DNA of 64,000 nt from Scenedesmus sp. PABB004 (GCA_014905635.1 JABVCE010000010.1:496001-560000), one strand, 5' to 3'. Positions 44,644 to 57,467 are shown, numbered from the stretch's first letter. Translations and numbers: made by a program. The notes: generated from the sequence alone by a model not told the origin.

Positions 44644-47465
44644 TCACGCCTTGGACGCGCGGCCGACTTGTGGCTCGTCGGCAGCAGCGACTCGGCCGCC
44701 TCGCCCGCGCCGGCCTTGAGCTGGCCGTAGTACAGTAGCGCCGTGGCCAGCGCGCTCGCAATGAAGAGGCCGTTGAACCACCTGGGGTTTAGGGTTAGTG
44801 GGGGAGAGGCGACGGCGGGGCGCGGGGCGCCGCGGTCGAGCGCGCGGCGCGGACGCGCAGCGACCGGCCTCCAAGAACGCCGCCGCCCGCGCTGGCGGGG
44901 AGGAGCCCGCGCTCGCCCCGGCGGCGCCGCCGGCCGCACCGGTGGAAGTACTGAAACTCGAGCTCGCCGCCGCCGAGCACGGCGTCGATGGCGGCGCGGT
45001 GCGCGACGGGGACGTTGCGCCGGATGAGCAGCAGGCTGCTGATCGCGTACACGCCCGTGAGCTCGCTCAGCACGAGCACGAGGCTCGCGCCGCCGCCGCC
45101 GCGCGGCGCCGCGGCGTGCGAGCGCGCGCCGCCGCCGCCGCGCCGAGCCAGCCGCGCACGCTCGTGAGCGTGGCAAACACGCGCGCCGCGTTTTTGAGGA
45201 ACGCGCGGATGGAGAGTGCTGAGATGGTGCCGACAAAGAGCAGCGTCACGTACTGGCTCAGCAGCGCGGGGTCCAGCACCAGCCGGTCGTGGCTCAGCCG
45301 GCGCAGCACAAAGCCGAGCCACCTGGGGTTGACAAAGGCCGCGGGCACCGCGGCGGCGGTGGCGGCGGCGGCGGCGCCCGTCGGCGGCGGGCTCGGCGGC
45401 GGCGCGAGGGAGCGCCGGGCGCGCCGGGAGCGGGACGCCGCAGCGCGCCGCGCGCGCCGCGGCGCGCCGCGCCTGCTGACGGGGTCGCTGCTGAAGTCCT
45501 CGCCCACGGCGAGGGCCTTGGCGCTCGCGGCGACGCGGTAGAGGCAGTACGCTGACGTGGCGTAGCCGAGCGCGTTGCGCAGGTGCCCCGACAGCGAGCG
45601 GCTCGCGACCGCGCGCGCATGGTGGGCCTTGAGCTCCAGCAGCTCCACCAGCAGCGCCTGGCGCGGGGAAGAGGGGGGGGGCGAGGAAGGGCGTGAGGGG
45701 CAGGGAGGGAGGGAGGGAGGGAGGGGAGGGGTGGGGAGGGTGAGCAAGACGAGGGCGCGCGTCGGAGGGGGCGAGGGAGGCGAGCGATCGGCGGCGGCGG
45801 CGGCGGCAGCGGCGGCGGCGGCGGGACGCAGGCCGCGCCCTGCGCCAGCGTCTCCCACGTCGCGAGCTCCGCGTTGAGTGCGCGCAGCGTCTCGCGCGGC
45901 GAGCCGGGCGCGCTGCCGCCCGACCACGCGCCCACGAAGCTGCGCAGGCTGCCGAACAGCCCGCTGCTGCGCGCGGCGGCGCGGCGGCGGTGGGGCGGGG
46001 CCGGCGCTGGCGTGGCCGCCGCGGGCCGCGTGGCGCGCGCGCGCGCGCGCAGGGCCCACCGCTGCGCCCCGGCGTTCGGCTGGTGGCCGCGACCTCCTGG
46101 CTGATGAGCAGGATGCGCTTTTTCTTCTCGGCGCACACCTCCAGCGCCTGCCCGGGGCGCGGCACAGGGGCGCGGCGCGGCGCGGCGTCGGCCGCACGCG
46201 AGCTGCGCACACGCGGTGACGCACGCTGAGCACAAGCCACACACGTTCACTCAACACCAGCGCACACAGCGCGCGCCGCCGCGCACAGCGCGCCCCAGCG
46301 CGCAGCGCGCCCCCCCCCCCCCCCACACACACAGCGCGCGCCGCAGCGCGCAGCGCGCGTCGCCGCGCGCCGCGCGCCGCGCGCGCGCCCTGTCGATACT
46401 GCTGCTCCATGCCAGCGACCTCGCCCGCCTCCACGGGGCGGATGAAGAGGCTCAGGTAGCTGTAGGGGAAGTCGACGCTGGCATAGCCGCTCAGCAGGCT
46501 GATCACCCAGGTCCCCACCACGCCCAGCCGCGCGACCGCCTGCGTGCGTGTGTGTGCGTGTGTGTGTGTGTGTGGGGGGGGGGTGCGTGTGCGGTCGTGT
46601 GTGGGTGGCGGGCGCAGCGGCGAGGCGCGCGGCGTGCGGCGCGCGGCGCGCGGGCCTGGCCGACGGAGAGCGCGCTGCCGCCGAGGCCGAGGCCGCGGCC
46701 GAGGCGCCAGAAGGCGTAGAGGAAGGCGGCGTAGGCGGCCGCCGACAGCGGCAGCGCGCGCGCCGCCCAGAACGGGCCTGCGGCGCGCGGCGCAGCAGCA
46801 GCAGCAGCAGCAGCAGGGGTTTGGGCGCGTGGGAGAGAGGCAAGCGACCCCGCAGCGGGCCCCCGCGCGCAGAGCAGGGGGGGCGGAGGAGGAGCAGCAG
46901 GGCCCTCCCGCCCGGCGCTCACCGCTGGCGGTGAGTGTGCGGTATGCGTGATACCAGGGCAGCACGCACACGAGCAGCAGCACGAGCGCCCACACCGTCA
47001 GCCGCCAGTCCCACAGCCGCAGGCTGCGGCGCGGCGCGCGGCGGGCGGCGCGGCGGGCGGCGTCGTTGCGCCGCGTCCGCGTCCGCCGCTGCCGGCGAGC
47101 TCCGTGGTGCCGCCGCCGCGCGCACCTGGCGTCGAGGATGCCCAGGATTTCAAACACCACCAGCAGCAGCAGGTTGCAGGAGCACGCAAACGTGCTCGAC
47201 CAGAGCACCTTGCGCGGCGCGGCACGGCACAGGGCAGGTGCGCGCCGCGCGCTGCGCCGCCGCTGTCGCCGCGGAGCGCCCGCGCCCGCCCGCCGCGCCG
47301 CGCCGCGTCCGCCGCGCCGCGCGCCCGCCGCGCGGCGCCGCGCACCAGCACGCCCGTCTCGCGGTCGTCAAACGCCTGCAGCAGCGAGCTGCTCACGAAC
47401 AGCCAGCCGCCGGCGAAGCAGGCCGCCAGGCAGCCCAGCGCGAGCACCCAGTCGAGCGCCGCCAT
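44644..47465 (-). CDS. GTG: GPCR-type G protein / Golgi pH regulator (GTG/GPR89 family), 10 exons; exact stop uncertain
   Basis: Motifs FACSCNLLLLVVFEILGIL, QAVARLGVVGTWVISLLSGYASVDFPYSYLSLFIRPV, CAEKKKRI, SQYVTLLFVG, LSELTGVYAISSLLLIR and LEFQYFHRWFNGLFIASAL. Confidence 0.93.
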
Positions 47466-47965
47466 GGGCCGAGCCCGCGCCGGGAGCTACGCCGCGGCCG
47501 CTGCTGCTGCTCGGCGCTGCGCCCGCGGCGCGCCGCGCCGCGGCATGCGCCGACCGGCCCACGCGTGCGGCGGGCAGTCCAGCAGCCCCTGGCGGCGCGT
47601 TCGGGATCGCTTGCGGTGCGTGCGGCGTCGACGGGCGCCGGGGCAGCAGCGGCGGGGGTTGCGGCGGTTGGCGAGCGCTGCCGATCGCAGAAGCAGCGGC
47701 GGCGGTCGTGCTGGGTGCAGTGTCGTGCGGCGTCTCCGGAGGCAGCCGAGGTCGCGAGCGAGACGCCACGCAAAGCCGCGGCGCTCCGGCGCAGCGGCGC
47801 CGCCGCGCCGCACGGTGGCCCCAGCCGGCTGGCCGGCGCCAGCGCGCACCACCGTCGCCGCGCTGCCGCCCTCGCTGCGCTCCACGCCCCCGCTCGCAGC
47901 AGCAGGCGCGTCCGCGCCCGCGCGCCTGGGGCCCGCGGCGAGCGTGCGCGTCGCTGGGGTGCGCC

Positions 47966-50900
47966 ATGAGGTGCACTTCTTGTCGTCCGGGCCCGTGCGT
48001 GGGCGGCGGGCGCCGCCTGGCGCCGTCGCACGCCCGCGCGCCGGCCGGCGCGCCCGCCAGCGCCCGGCGCGGCCACTGCGGGCGGCTGGGGCGCGCCCCG
48101 CCGCGCCTGGGCCCGTGCGCGCTCGATCGGACGAGGAGGAGCCGGACTGGGACAAGGAAATGTCCATTTTCAAGCAGCGCACGATGCGCCCCAACCAGCT
48201 CGCCACGCTGCGCGAGCTGGAGTCCAAGGTCAACCTGGGCCGGTGAGGCGGCGGCGCGCGGGCCCGGCCGCCCTCCCGGCCGCCGGAGCGCGGCGCGGGC
48301 GCGGCGCGGCGCCGGCGCGGCGCCGCGAACGCGGCGCGCCCGCTGCCGCTCACCGCCGGCGCGCGGCCCGCGCGGGCGCAGGTGCTCTGGTGCGCCGACA
48401 GCCTGGCCATCATCAGCGGCATCAACCCCGACGCGCCCATCGGCACCAAGCTCGCCTTTGTCAGCGGCGGCTCGGGGTGCGCCCGCGGCCGCCCGCGCCG
48501 CGCGCTGCCGCCGCCGGGTCGGGCCGGGGCCGGGGACCGCGCGCCGCCCGCGCGCGCCGCCCACGCCCGCGCCCCGCCGCGCGTGCGCCGTGCCGGCGCA
48601 GCATCCTGCTGTGGCACCGCAGCGACAACCTCGCGTTTGCGATCGTCGCCGGCGGCGCGGACAGCATCCAGCCGGGCGAGGGCGTCGAGCCAAAGGTCAA
48701 GGGCATCCTCCAGGTGCGTGTGGGTGTGGGTGTGTGTGGGTGTGGGGGGTAAAGGAAAACCCTAAACCCTGTGTGTGGGTGTGTGGGTGTGGGTGTGTAG
48801 GTGTGGAGGGGGTGCACTCTGGGCGCGCACGCGCCCTGGACGCACGCGCGCCCGGGGGCCCCAGCCCGGGCGGTGATGGCGTCCCGTGCAGCGGAGGGCG
48901 CGCACGCGGCCCTCACCGCCCGGGCTCGGGCCCCGCGCGCGCGGCCGCGCGCGCGCGCAGCAGCCGCCGCGCCGGCCGCCGCACGCCCGGCGGCCGCACG
49001 CCCGCCGCAACATCCGCGACCGCCGACCGCGACCGCCACCGCGGCGCGGGCACGGCGCGCGCAGGTGCTGGACGAGGCGCGGGGGCCGATCACACGTAAG
49101 GAGTATGAGCTCATGCAGGCGCCCGCCGGCGACTCGCTGTACGGCGCGGCGGTCAACTACATCGGCCAGCCCGTGCCCGGCGTCTCCACGCCCGCCAACG
49201 ACGCGGCGGCCGCGGCGCGCGCGGCCGCCGCGCCGGGCGGCGCGCCCGCGGCGGCGGCGCCGGCGGCGTGCTCACGAGCTGGGAGGAGGAGGGCGGCGGG
49301 CCCGACCTCGCGGGCAGCGGCGCGAGCGCGCTGGGGCTGGAGCGGCTGAAGCCGCTCATCAACGCCCAGGTGGCGATGAAGAACCGCGAGCAGATCACCG
49401 AGCCCCTCTTTACCGGTGCGGCGGCGGCGGCGCGGCGCGGGCGCGGGCGGTTGGTCGGGCGTGCCGCGCGGGTGGTGGCCGAGCGCGGCGGCGGCGGCGG
49501 CAGCGGCGGAGGGAGGCGGCGGCGCGCGCTCACGCGCTCACGCGCCCGGTCGCCCGGCGCCCGGTCGCCCGGTCGCGCCCGGCCACGCAGGCGTCAAGGC
49601 GCTGGACACGCTCACGCCGCTCGGGCGGGGCGCGAGCCTGCTGGTCATCGGCCCGGCGGGGCGGGCAAGACGAGCCTCGCGCTGACAGCGATCCAGGGCC
49701 AGGCGGCCGCCGGCGTGCGCTGCGTGCTCGCGTGCACCACGCTCAGCACCGAGCAGCTCAACGCGCGCCTCGCGGTGCGCGCGGCGCGGCGGCGGGGCAG
49801 AGGAAGGAGGGGGGAGGGGGCACGCGCGGCAGGGAAGCGCGCGCGGGGCGCGCCCGCCGCGGCAGCGGGCGGCGCCCCGCCGACTCCCCCCCCCCGCGCC
49901 CTAGCCCTCTCCCGCGCCCACCCTCGCCCTCCCTCCCCGCCGCCGTGGCGCCCTCGCTCGCAGGAGCTCGAGGCCGCGGGGTGCCTGGCCAACACGGCCG
50001 TGTTCTACGCACCGCGCGACGCGCCGCTCGGCACCAAGCTGGCCACTCTCATGGCCGCCGCGGCGGCGGGCGAGCGCGTGCGCGACGAGGGCGGCCACGC
50101 GCTGGTGGTGCTCGACGACCTCACGCCCCTCTCGGGTGCGCGGGGAGGGGGGGGGCGCCGCGCCGCGCACGTGCTGTGCTGCGCGTGCTGTGTGCGCCGT
50201 GCGTGCTGCGCGGCGCACGGCACGCGCCTGCCGCCTGCCCGCCCGCCCACGCCCTCCCCGCCTCTGCCCGCTCGCCCACACGCCCACCCACCCCCGCCCA
50301 CGCCCACGCCCGCCCACGCCCACGCCCGCCCACGCCCGCGCCGCCTCGACCCTCTCCCGCCCCGCGCGCCCCCAGGCGCGTGGGAGCGGCTCGTGCTGTC
50401 GCTCGCGGAGCTCGGCCAGGCGCGGCTGCGCGAGGGTCTGATCAAGGACGAGGCGGGGCACGACGTGAGCCTAAACCCCGGCAGCGAGGCGGAGCTGGTG
50501 GACTACGAGGGCATGCTCGTGTCGGGCGCCGTCGCGCAGCGCCGCGGGTGCGCGCGCCGGCGGCGCGGCGGCGGCGCGCCGGGCGGCGTGGCGCACGGCG
50601 GCGCCGTCGCGCGCTTGCCACCCCGACCCGCCCACATCCCTGCCCCACCCCCTCCTCCTCCTCCTCAACCCTCTCCCTCCAACCCCCGCCCCGCCCGCGC
50701 CCCTCCAGCTTCTTCTCGGTCCTGTTCCTCCGCGCCGCCAAGCTCTCGTCGTCGTTTGGCGGCGGGTCCATGACGCTGCTCCCGCTCGTGCCGGGCCGCC
50801 CGCGAGCGGGCGCCGCGCGGCGGCGGGGCTCGACCTGTCAAAATACACCACGCTCAGCGAGGAGCAGAAGGCCAAGCTCGCGGCCGGCCTGGAGAAGCGG

Positions 50901-52113
50901 CGGGTGCGCGCGCGCGCGCGCGCGTGTGTGTGTGGGGGGGGGGGGGGGGTCGACGCGCGCACGTGCGGGGCACAGGCGCGCCGCAGGCGCGCGCCGCGCC
51001 GCGCGCGCGCGCCGGCCCACGCCGCCGCCGCCGACGGCCTGCGCGCGCGCGCGGCCCCAGGCGGCCGAGGCGGCGGTGCTCGGCCTGAGCGTCGGCCCCG
51101 GCGAGCTCAAGACCGAGACGGTGGAGGAGTTCATCTCAATCAGCGACGGCCAGGTGCGGTGTGCGACAGCCGCGGCGGCGCTGCGGCCCCGGCGCGGCGG
51201 CGGCAGACCGGCGTCCCTGGCGCGGCGGGGCGCGCCCGCGCGCCCGTGCGCCGGCGGGCCTGCCACAACCCCCTCCGACCGCCCCCCAGGTCGTGCTGGA
51301 GCCGAGCATGGCGCCGCCGCCGGCGCCCGGCGCCGCCGACGGCGCCGCCGGCGCCGCCGGCAGCGCCGCGGCCGCGCCGTTCAGCGTCAACGCGCGGCTC
51401 TGCGTCACGCGCATCGGCAGCCGCGCCTACTGCCGCGCGCTCGAGGCGCTCGCGCCGCAGATCCGGCTCGACCTCGCCCAGGCCGAGGACGCGCGCGCGT
51501 ACGCGGCCAACCCGGACGACCCCGTGCTGCGCCGGTGCGCCGCCGCGCCGCGCAGCCGCCGCTGCTCTGCCCTGCCCCCTGCCCTCTCCCCCCTGCCCAC
51601 TCCCTCCCGCTGCCCCCTCTCCTCCCCCGCCACACGCCCCGCCACGCCCCCAGGTATGAAGGCTACTGCCAACGCATTGCCGCGGCGCTCGCGCAGGAGC
51701 CGGGGCAGCCGACGCCGCTGGAGGAGCTGGTCGTCACGCTGCACGCGATCCAGGCGGGCCTCGCCGACGCGGTGCCGCCGCGCGACGTCGCCGGCTTTGT
51801 CGCCGCGGGGCTCGACGCGCTGCGGCGCGAGCAGCCGCAGGTGACGCGGCAGCGGCGGCGGCGCCGGCGGCGGCGGCGGCTGCTGGCTGCGGCAGGGGCC
51901 CCGCGCAGCTCCCCGCCCCCCGCCGCGCGCCTGACCTGACGGCGCGCCGCGCTGCCCCTGCGCGCTCATCAGGTGCTGCTGGACATCGCCGCCTCCAAGC
52001 AGCTCACCGCGGCGGGCGAGCGCGGCATCGCGGCCGCGTTCAAGGCGGCCGCCGCGGCGTGGCAGCAGAAGCAGCAGTCGCAGCAGCAGCAGCAGGGAGA
52101 GGCGCAGCAGTGA
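47966..52113 (+). CDS. divergent nuclear-encoded F1-ATPase alpha-subunit-like protein, 12 exons; several 1-nt frameshifts, start inferred
   Basis: REQITEPLFTGVKALDTLTPLGRG, P-loop GPAG(A)GKT, GERVRDEGGHALVVLDDLT, FLRAAKLSSSFGGGSMTLLPLV, FISISDGQ, VTRIGS, IRLDLAQ and LAQEPGQPTPLEELVV. Confidence 0.88.
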
Positions 52114-52382
52114 GCGGGGGAGGGATGGTCGGCGCGGCGGCGGCAGCGCAGCGGCGGCAGCGCAGCGGCGGCGGCGGCACCTGCAGCGGCAGGGGCCCGC
52201 CCATGGCGGCTGGCGCCCGGTGCGAGCGAGCGAGAGCGAGGGCGAGCGCTGCGGGGAGGGGAGGGCGCGTGGCGAGTTGAGCGAGCGCGGCTGTGCGCTG
52301 AGAACGGTAACCAGCGGCCTGGCAGATCGGACGCGGGCGCAGCGCGCGGGGCGGGGCGGGCGGGCGACGTGGCCGTATTCGA

Positions 52383-52387
52383 TTACA
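52383..52387 (-). promoter_or_regulatory. candidate TGTAA polyadenylation signal for the 53348-54199 gene
   Basis: ttaca on the + strand in an AT-richer patch about 1 kb downstream of the stop. Confidence 0.3.
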
Positions 52388-53347
52388 GCCGTGCTTTCAA
52401 CAAACAGACAGCCAGACCATCGTCCTGCGGGGGCAGCAGCAGCACGCGCGGGCGGCCCGGCTGCGCTGCCCCACGCACACCTACACCGCTCGCACACGCC
52501 GCATACCTGCTCGGCAGGGGTGTCGACGCAGCCTCACACAAGTGCAGTGCAGCCGGGAGACAGACGGGGGCGGCAGCGGCGGCGGCGCGCAGCGGCAGGG
52601 GGGCGGCGGCGCCACGTGCAGCAGGACCAGGCTCGGCGACAGTCAGCGCGCCGTCCGCGCCGTCCGCGACGTGTGTGGAGGGTCTGGGCGGAACCTGCGC
52701 CGACCCCGCCCTGCGCCCGGGCTCCCGGCAGCGGTGCCGCGTGCCTGCGGGCCTGTGCGGCTGCCGGCAGGCGCACGCTGCCGCCGCTGCCGCCCGAGAT
52801 GCGAGACACTAGCTAAACAAACAGATAAATGCCGGCCCACCTGCGCTCCGGAGCGCTCCGCACTCGCGAGGCGCCTGGGGAGGAGGCCTGCGGGGGGCTC
52901 GGCGCAGCGGGCACGCGCGCGCGCGCGGCACGCCAACACACGCGCACGCAGGCAGGCAGGCAGGCAGGCAGGCGGGCGCGCGGCGCGCGGGCGCCTCGCG
53001 GCACCTCACCAGCGCGTGGGCGCCACAGCAGCACGGGATCCTGCAAGGGGGGCGGCCATCAAGCGCGACGCCCCCGTGTCAAACCGACCGGCCTTCCGAA
53101 ACCAAGGCGCCACGTGAGCGCGCGCGGCGGCGGCGCGGCCGCGGCACCCACCGCGCGTGCGCCGCGAGCGGTAGCGTGGCGCACTCCCGGCGTGGGGGTG
53201 GGTGTGCCGCGCGCCCGAGGGGCGACGCGGTGTCGTGCGAGACGACGGCCTGTGGCAGGCAACGCGGGGCGGCGGCGCGCGCGCAGCGCGGCGCGCCTGC
53301 GCCGCCCCTCGCGCGCGCGGAGCCGACGGTGCGCACCGCGCGACGTC

Positions 53348-53531
53348 TCAGCAGCTCCACGCGGAGCCCGCGTCGCCCGCGTCCCCGCCGGCCGCGATGC
53401 AAGCGCCCTGCTGCGGCGGCTGCAGCGGCTGCGGCGGCACGCGGGGCGCTCGCAGCGGCACGACGCACGCGGTCGCCGCGCGCGACTGCGGGTCCCAACT
53501 GCACACCTCCTCATACTCCACCGTGCCGCCG

Positions 53532-53571
<40 letters not shown>

Positions 53572-54199
53572 ACGCCGCCGCCGCCGCCTCGCGCTGGCAG
53601 GGCGTGGCCGGCTGCTCCGGCTGCTCCGGCGCCGCCGGCTGGGGCTGCTCGGCCGCGGCGCTCGCGTGCTGCTGCGCGCGCTCCGCCTCGGCGCGGGCCA
53701 TGAGGTCGTCGTTGCAGATGTAGGGCGCCGGCGGCGGCAGCATCGAAAAGTCGTCGAGGAAGACGAGCAGGCGCGCGCGGCGCGCCTGCAGCCGCCGCCC
53801 TGCGCGCCGGCCGCGGCGCGACGCGCGGCGGCCGGCCGCCGCGCCGGCGGGGGCGGCCTGCTGCGTCGGCTGCTTCAGCTGCTGCTCCAGCTGCTGCTCC
53901 TGCTTCTTCTGCGTGGTCGTCGTGGCTGGCGCGGCGGCCGCCCGCTTGCGCGGCGCGGGCGCGGGGCTGCGTGCATGCATGGGGGGCGCCGCGGCCGGGC
54001 CCGTGCCCGCGGCGCCGTGGCGCGGCCGGCGGCCCGCCTGGCTGGCCCGGGGCCGCCGCGGCCGGGGCCGGGACGGCCCCGCGGCGCGCTTGGCGACGGC
54101 GCCGGCGAGGCCTGCGGGCGCTGCCGGCCGGGCGGCGCGAGGGCAGGCCGCCCAGGGCCGGCGCGCCGCACTGACGCTGCGGGAGCGTCGGGGCGCCAT
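53348..54199 (-). CDS. hypothetical basic, Gln-rich protein
   Basis: Single ORF divergent from importin alpha, with coding-like patches (RLLVFLDDFSMLPPPAPYICNDDLM; VEYEEVCSWDP) and polyQ. Confidence 0.55.
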
Positions 54200-54542
54200 G
54201 TGGGAGGCGAGGGGCTGCGCTGCGGCGGCTGCCGGGCGCGGAGGCTTCCAGGCGCGCGCGGCTGCGTGCGGTCGCTGCGGTCGAGCTGCGGGGTGGCCAG
54301 GGGTGTGGGGCGCTCGTGCGGCGGGTGACCGGGCGAGCGGAGTGGGCGGGCGGCGGGGGGCGCCAAGCGAGGGCTCGAGGGGGGGGGGGGGATTTTGGGG
54401 GCCGAGCCCCGAGCCCTCAGTTTGCAAATGCGCGAGGCGCCCCCGCCTCCCGCCCAGATCGCGCGCCCGTCCGCGCAGCACCTCCCACGTGCCCGCCCGG
54501 CCGCCCGCGACGCGCGAGGAGGCGCCGAGAGGCTCCGCAATC

Positions 54543-55784
54543 ATGAAGCCCGCTGCCGCGCCCCGCAAGAAGGAGTATAAGAAGGGCGTGGACGCGGACG
54601 ACGCGCGGCGCAAGCGGGAGGACAACATCATCGAGCTGCGCAAGAACAAGCGCGATGAGAACCTGCAAAAGAAGCGCATGGTGAACGCGGGGCCGTCCTA
54701 CGCGATGGAGGACTCCTCCGCGCGCACCAGCCTCGCCCTGCAGAACAAGGTGCGGGGCCCCCGCCCACAGCCGGCGGCGCGCCGCCCCGCGGCGCCGCAG
54801 CGCGCCGGGCGGGGTGCGCAGCAGCACGGCGCATGATGGCGGCCCGCCCCGCGCCCGCCCGGCGCCGCGGGCGGCCCCTCCGCGGCGAGACCGCGGCGCC
54901 AGGCCGTGCCTCAGTGCCGGGGCGCGCCGCGCGGCGGCGCCGGCGCCGCGGCGGCCAGCAGCGCGCGCGGCGGCGGCGGGCGGCGCGCCGCTGCTGCCGC
55001 CGCCGCCGCGGCGCCGGCGCGGCGCGGCGCGCGGGGAGGACGGCCGGGGGAGCGCCGCGCGACCGCCCTCCCGATGCGGCCCCCTGCGCGCGTCGTGCTG
55101 AGCGCTCGCTGAGCGCCGGGGCCTCGCCGCCGCCGCGCGCGCCGTCCGCCTCGCGCGCCGCAGCAACTCGACGAGCTGCCCGCCAAGGTGCAGGGCCTCT
55201 ACAGCCAGAACCCGCAGGAGCAGTACGACGCGACGCAGTGGTTCCGCAAGCTGCTCTCCATCGGTGCGCCGGCGCGCGCGCGCGCGGGCGCGGGGCCGAG
55301 CGGCGGCGGCCGCAGCAGCGGCGGCAGCAGCTGCGGCGGCGGCGGCGGCCAAGGCGGCGGCGGCAGCGGCGCCGCGCTCCCGCGGCCCCGCAGCGCCCCG
55401 CCGGCGCGCCCACGCCCGCGCCTCGCGCGCCCGCCGCGGCCGCGCGCGCGCGCGCGCCCAACCGCCGCAACCGCCGCGCTGCCTCTCGCCCACGCCGCCG
55501 CCGCCGCGCCGCGCGCTCGCCCCCGCGCCGCGCAGAGCGCAACCCGCCGATCGAGGAGGTGATCAAGCAGAACGTCATCCCGCAGTTTGTCAACTTCCTG
55601 AAGCGCGCGGAGATGCCGCAGCTGCAGTTTGAGGCCGCGTGGGCGCTCACCAACGTCGCGAGCGGCACGTCCGACCACACCAAGGTCGTCATCGACGAGG
55701 GCGCGGTGCCCATCTTCGTGCAGCTGCTGCAGTCGCCCAGCGACGACGTGCGCGAGCAGGTGACCCGGCGGCCGCCGCCTCGCA

Positions 55785-55817
<33 letters not shown>

Positions 55818-56891
55818 GCCGCACCACGCCACGCGCGCCGCCCACGCGCGCGCGCACCTGGTGCCGCCGCCGCCGCGTCGCCGCAGGCGGTGTGGGCGCT
55901 GGGCAACATTGCGGGCGACTCGCCGCACTGCCGCGACCTCGTGCTCAACGCGGGCGCGCTGCCGCCGCTGCTGGAGCAGCTCAAGGAGGGCAGCAAGGTC
56001 TCCATGCTCCGCAACGCGACCTGGACGCTCTCCAACTTCTGCCGCGGCAAGCCGCCGCCCAACTTCAGCGTGGTGCGCCCCGCCCGCGCGCTGCGCGCGG
56101 GGCGTGCCAGCGCCGCGCCGCGCGCGGGGCGTGCCAGCGCCGCGCCGCGCGTCGCAGCACGCGCCGGCCGGCCCACCCGCGCGCGCCGCCCCGCCCCCTC
56201 CCGTCCCGCGCGCGCGCTGCAGACGCGCAACGCGCTGCCGACGCTCGCGCGGCTGATCCATGCGGGCGACGAGGAGGTGCTGACGGACGCGTGCTGGGCG
56301 CTGAGCTACCTGAGCGACGGCGACAACGACCGCATCGACAAGGTCATCGAGGCCGGCGTGTGCAGGCGCCTCGTGGAGCTGCTGCTGTGAGCGACGCGCC
56401 GCGCGTGGGAGGGCTGCGCGCGCGCAGGAGGGCCGCGCGCCGCGCCGCGAGCGCGCGTGGGAGGGGGCTGCTGCTGCGCGCGTGCGGCGTGCGGCGTGCG
56501 TGCGTGCGTGCGTGTTTTGGAGGGCGTCGGCGACGCGCGCGGCGCGGCGCATCGCGCTCACAGGCCGCCGCCGCCGGCGCCGGCGCGGCGCCGCGCGCGC
56601 GCGCGCAGGCACACGTCGCCCGCGGTGCTCGTGCCGGCGCTGCGCACGGTGGGCAACATCGTCACGGGCAACGACATGCAGACGCAGGTCGTCATCAACT
56701 GCGGCGCGCTCGGCTGCCTGCTCACGCTGCTCACGGCGGCGCACAAGAAGAGCATCAAGAAGGAGGCCTGCTGGACGATCAGCAACATCACCGCCGGCAC
56801 CAAGGAGCAGATTCAGTCGGTCATCGACGCAAACATACTGCCCCCGCTCGTCGCGCTGCTGCAGGCGCGCGGCTGCTGCTGCTGCTGCTGC

Positions 56892-56925
<34 letters not shown>

Positions 56926-57429
56926 CGCGCGGCGGCGCGGCGCGCGGCGCGCGGGCGCGGCGGCGCGCGCGCGCTCGCGCGCGCCGCGCCCACGCGCGAT
57001 GCGCCCGCCCCGCCCCGCCCCGCAGTCGGCGGAGTTTGACATCAAGAAGGAGGCCGCCTGGGCGATCAGCAACGCGACGAGCGGCGGCACCGCCGAGCAG
57101 GCGCGCGCCGCGCCCGCGCCGCGCCCGCGCGCGCCGCCCACCGTCCCTCTCCCTCGCTGCGCCCCCCTCCCGCGCCACACGCACACACACACTCTCTCTC
57201 CCCTGCCCTCCGTCCCCGTACCCCGGCGTCCCAACACTTCACCCCTAAACCCCTAACCCCCCTCCCCCCTACCCCCCCCCCCCCTCCCGCAGATCCGCTA
57301 CCTGGTCGAGGTCGGCGCGATCCGCCCGCTGTGCGACCTGCTCAGCGTGCCGGACGTGCGCATCGTCACCGTCGCGCTGGAGGGCCTCGAGAACATTCTC
57401 AAGGCGCGCACCACCAGCACCCGCCGCAC

Positions 57430-57467
<38 letters not shown>

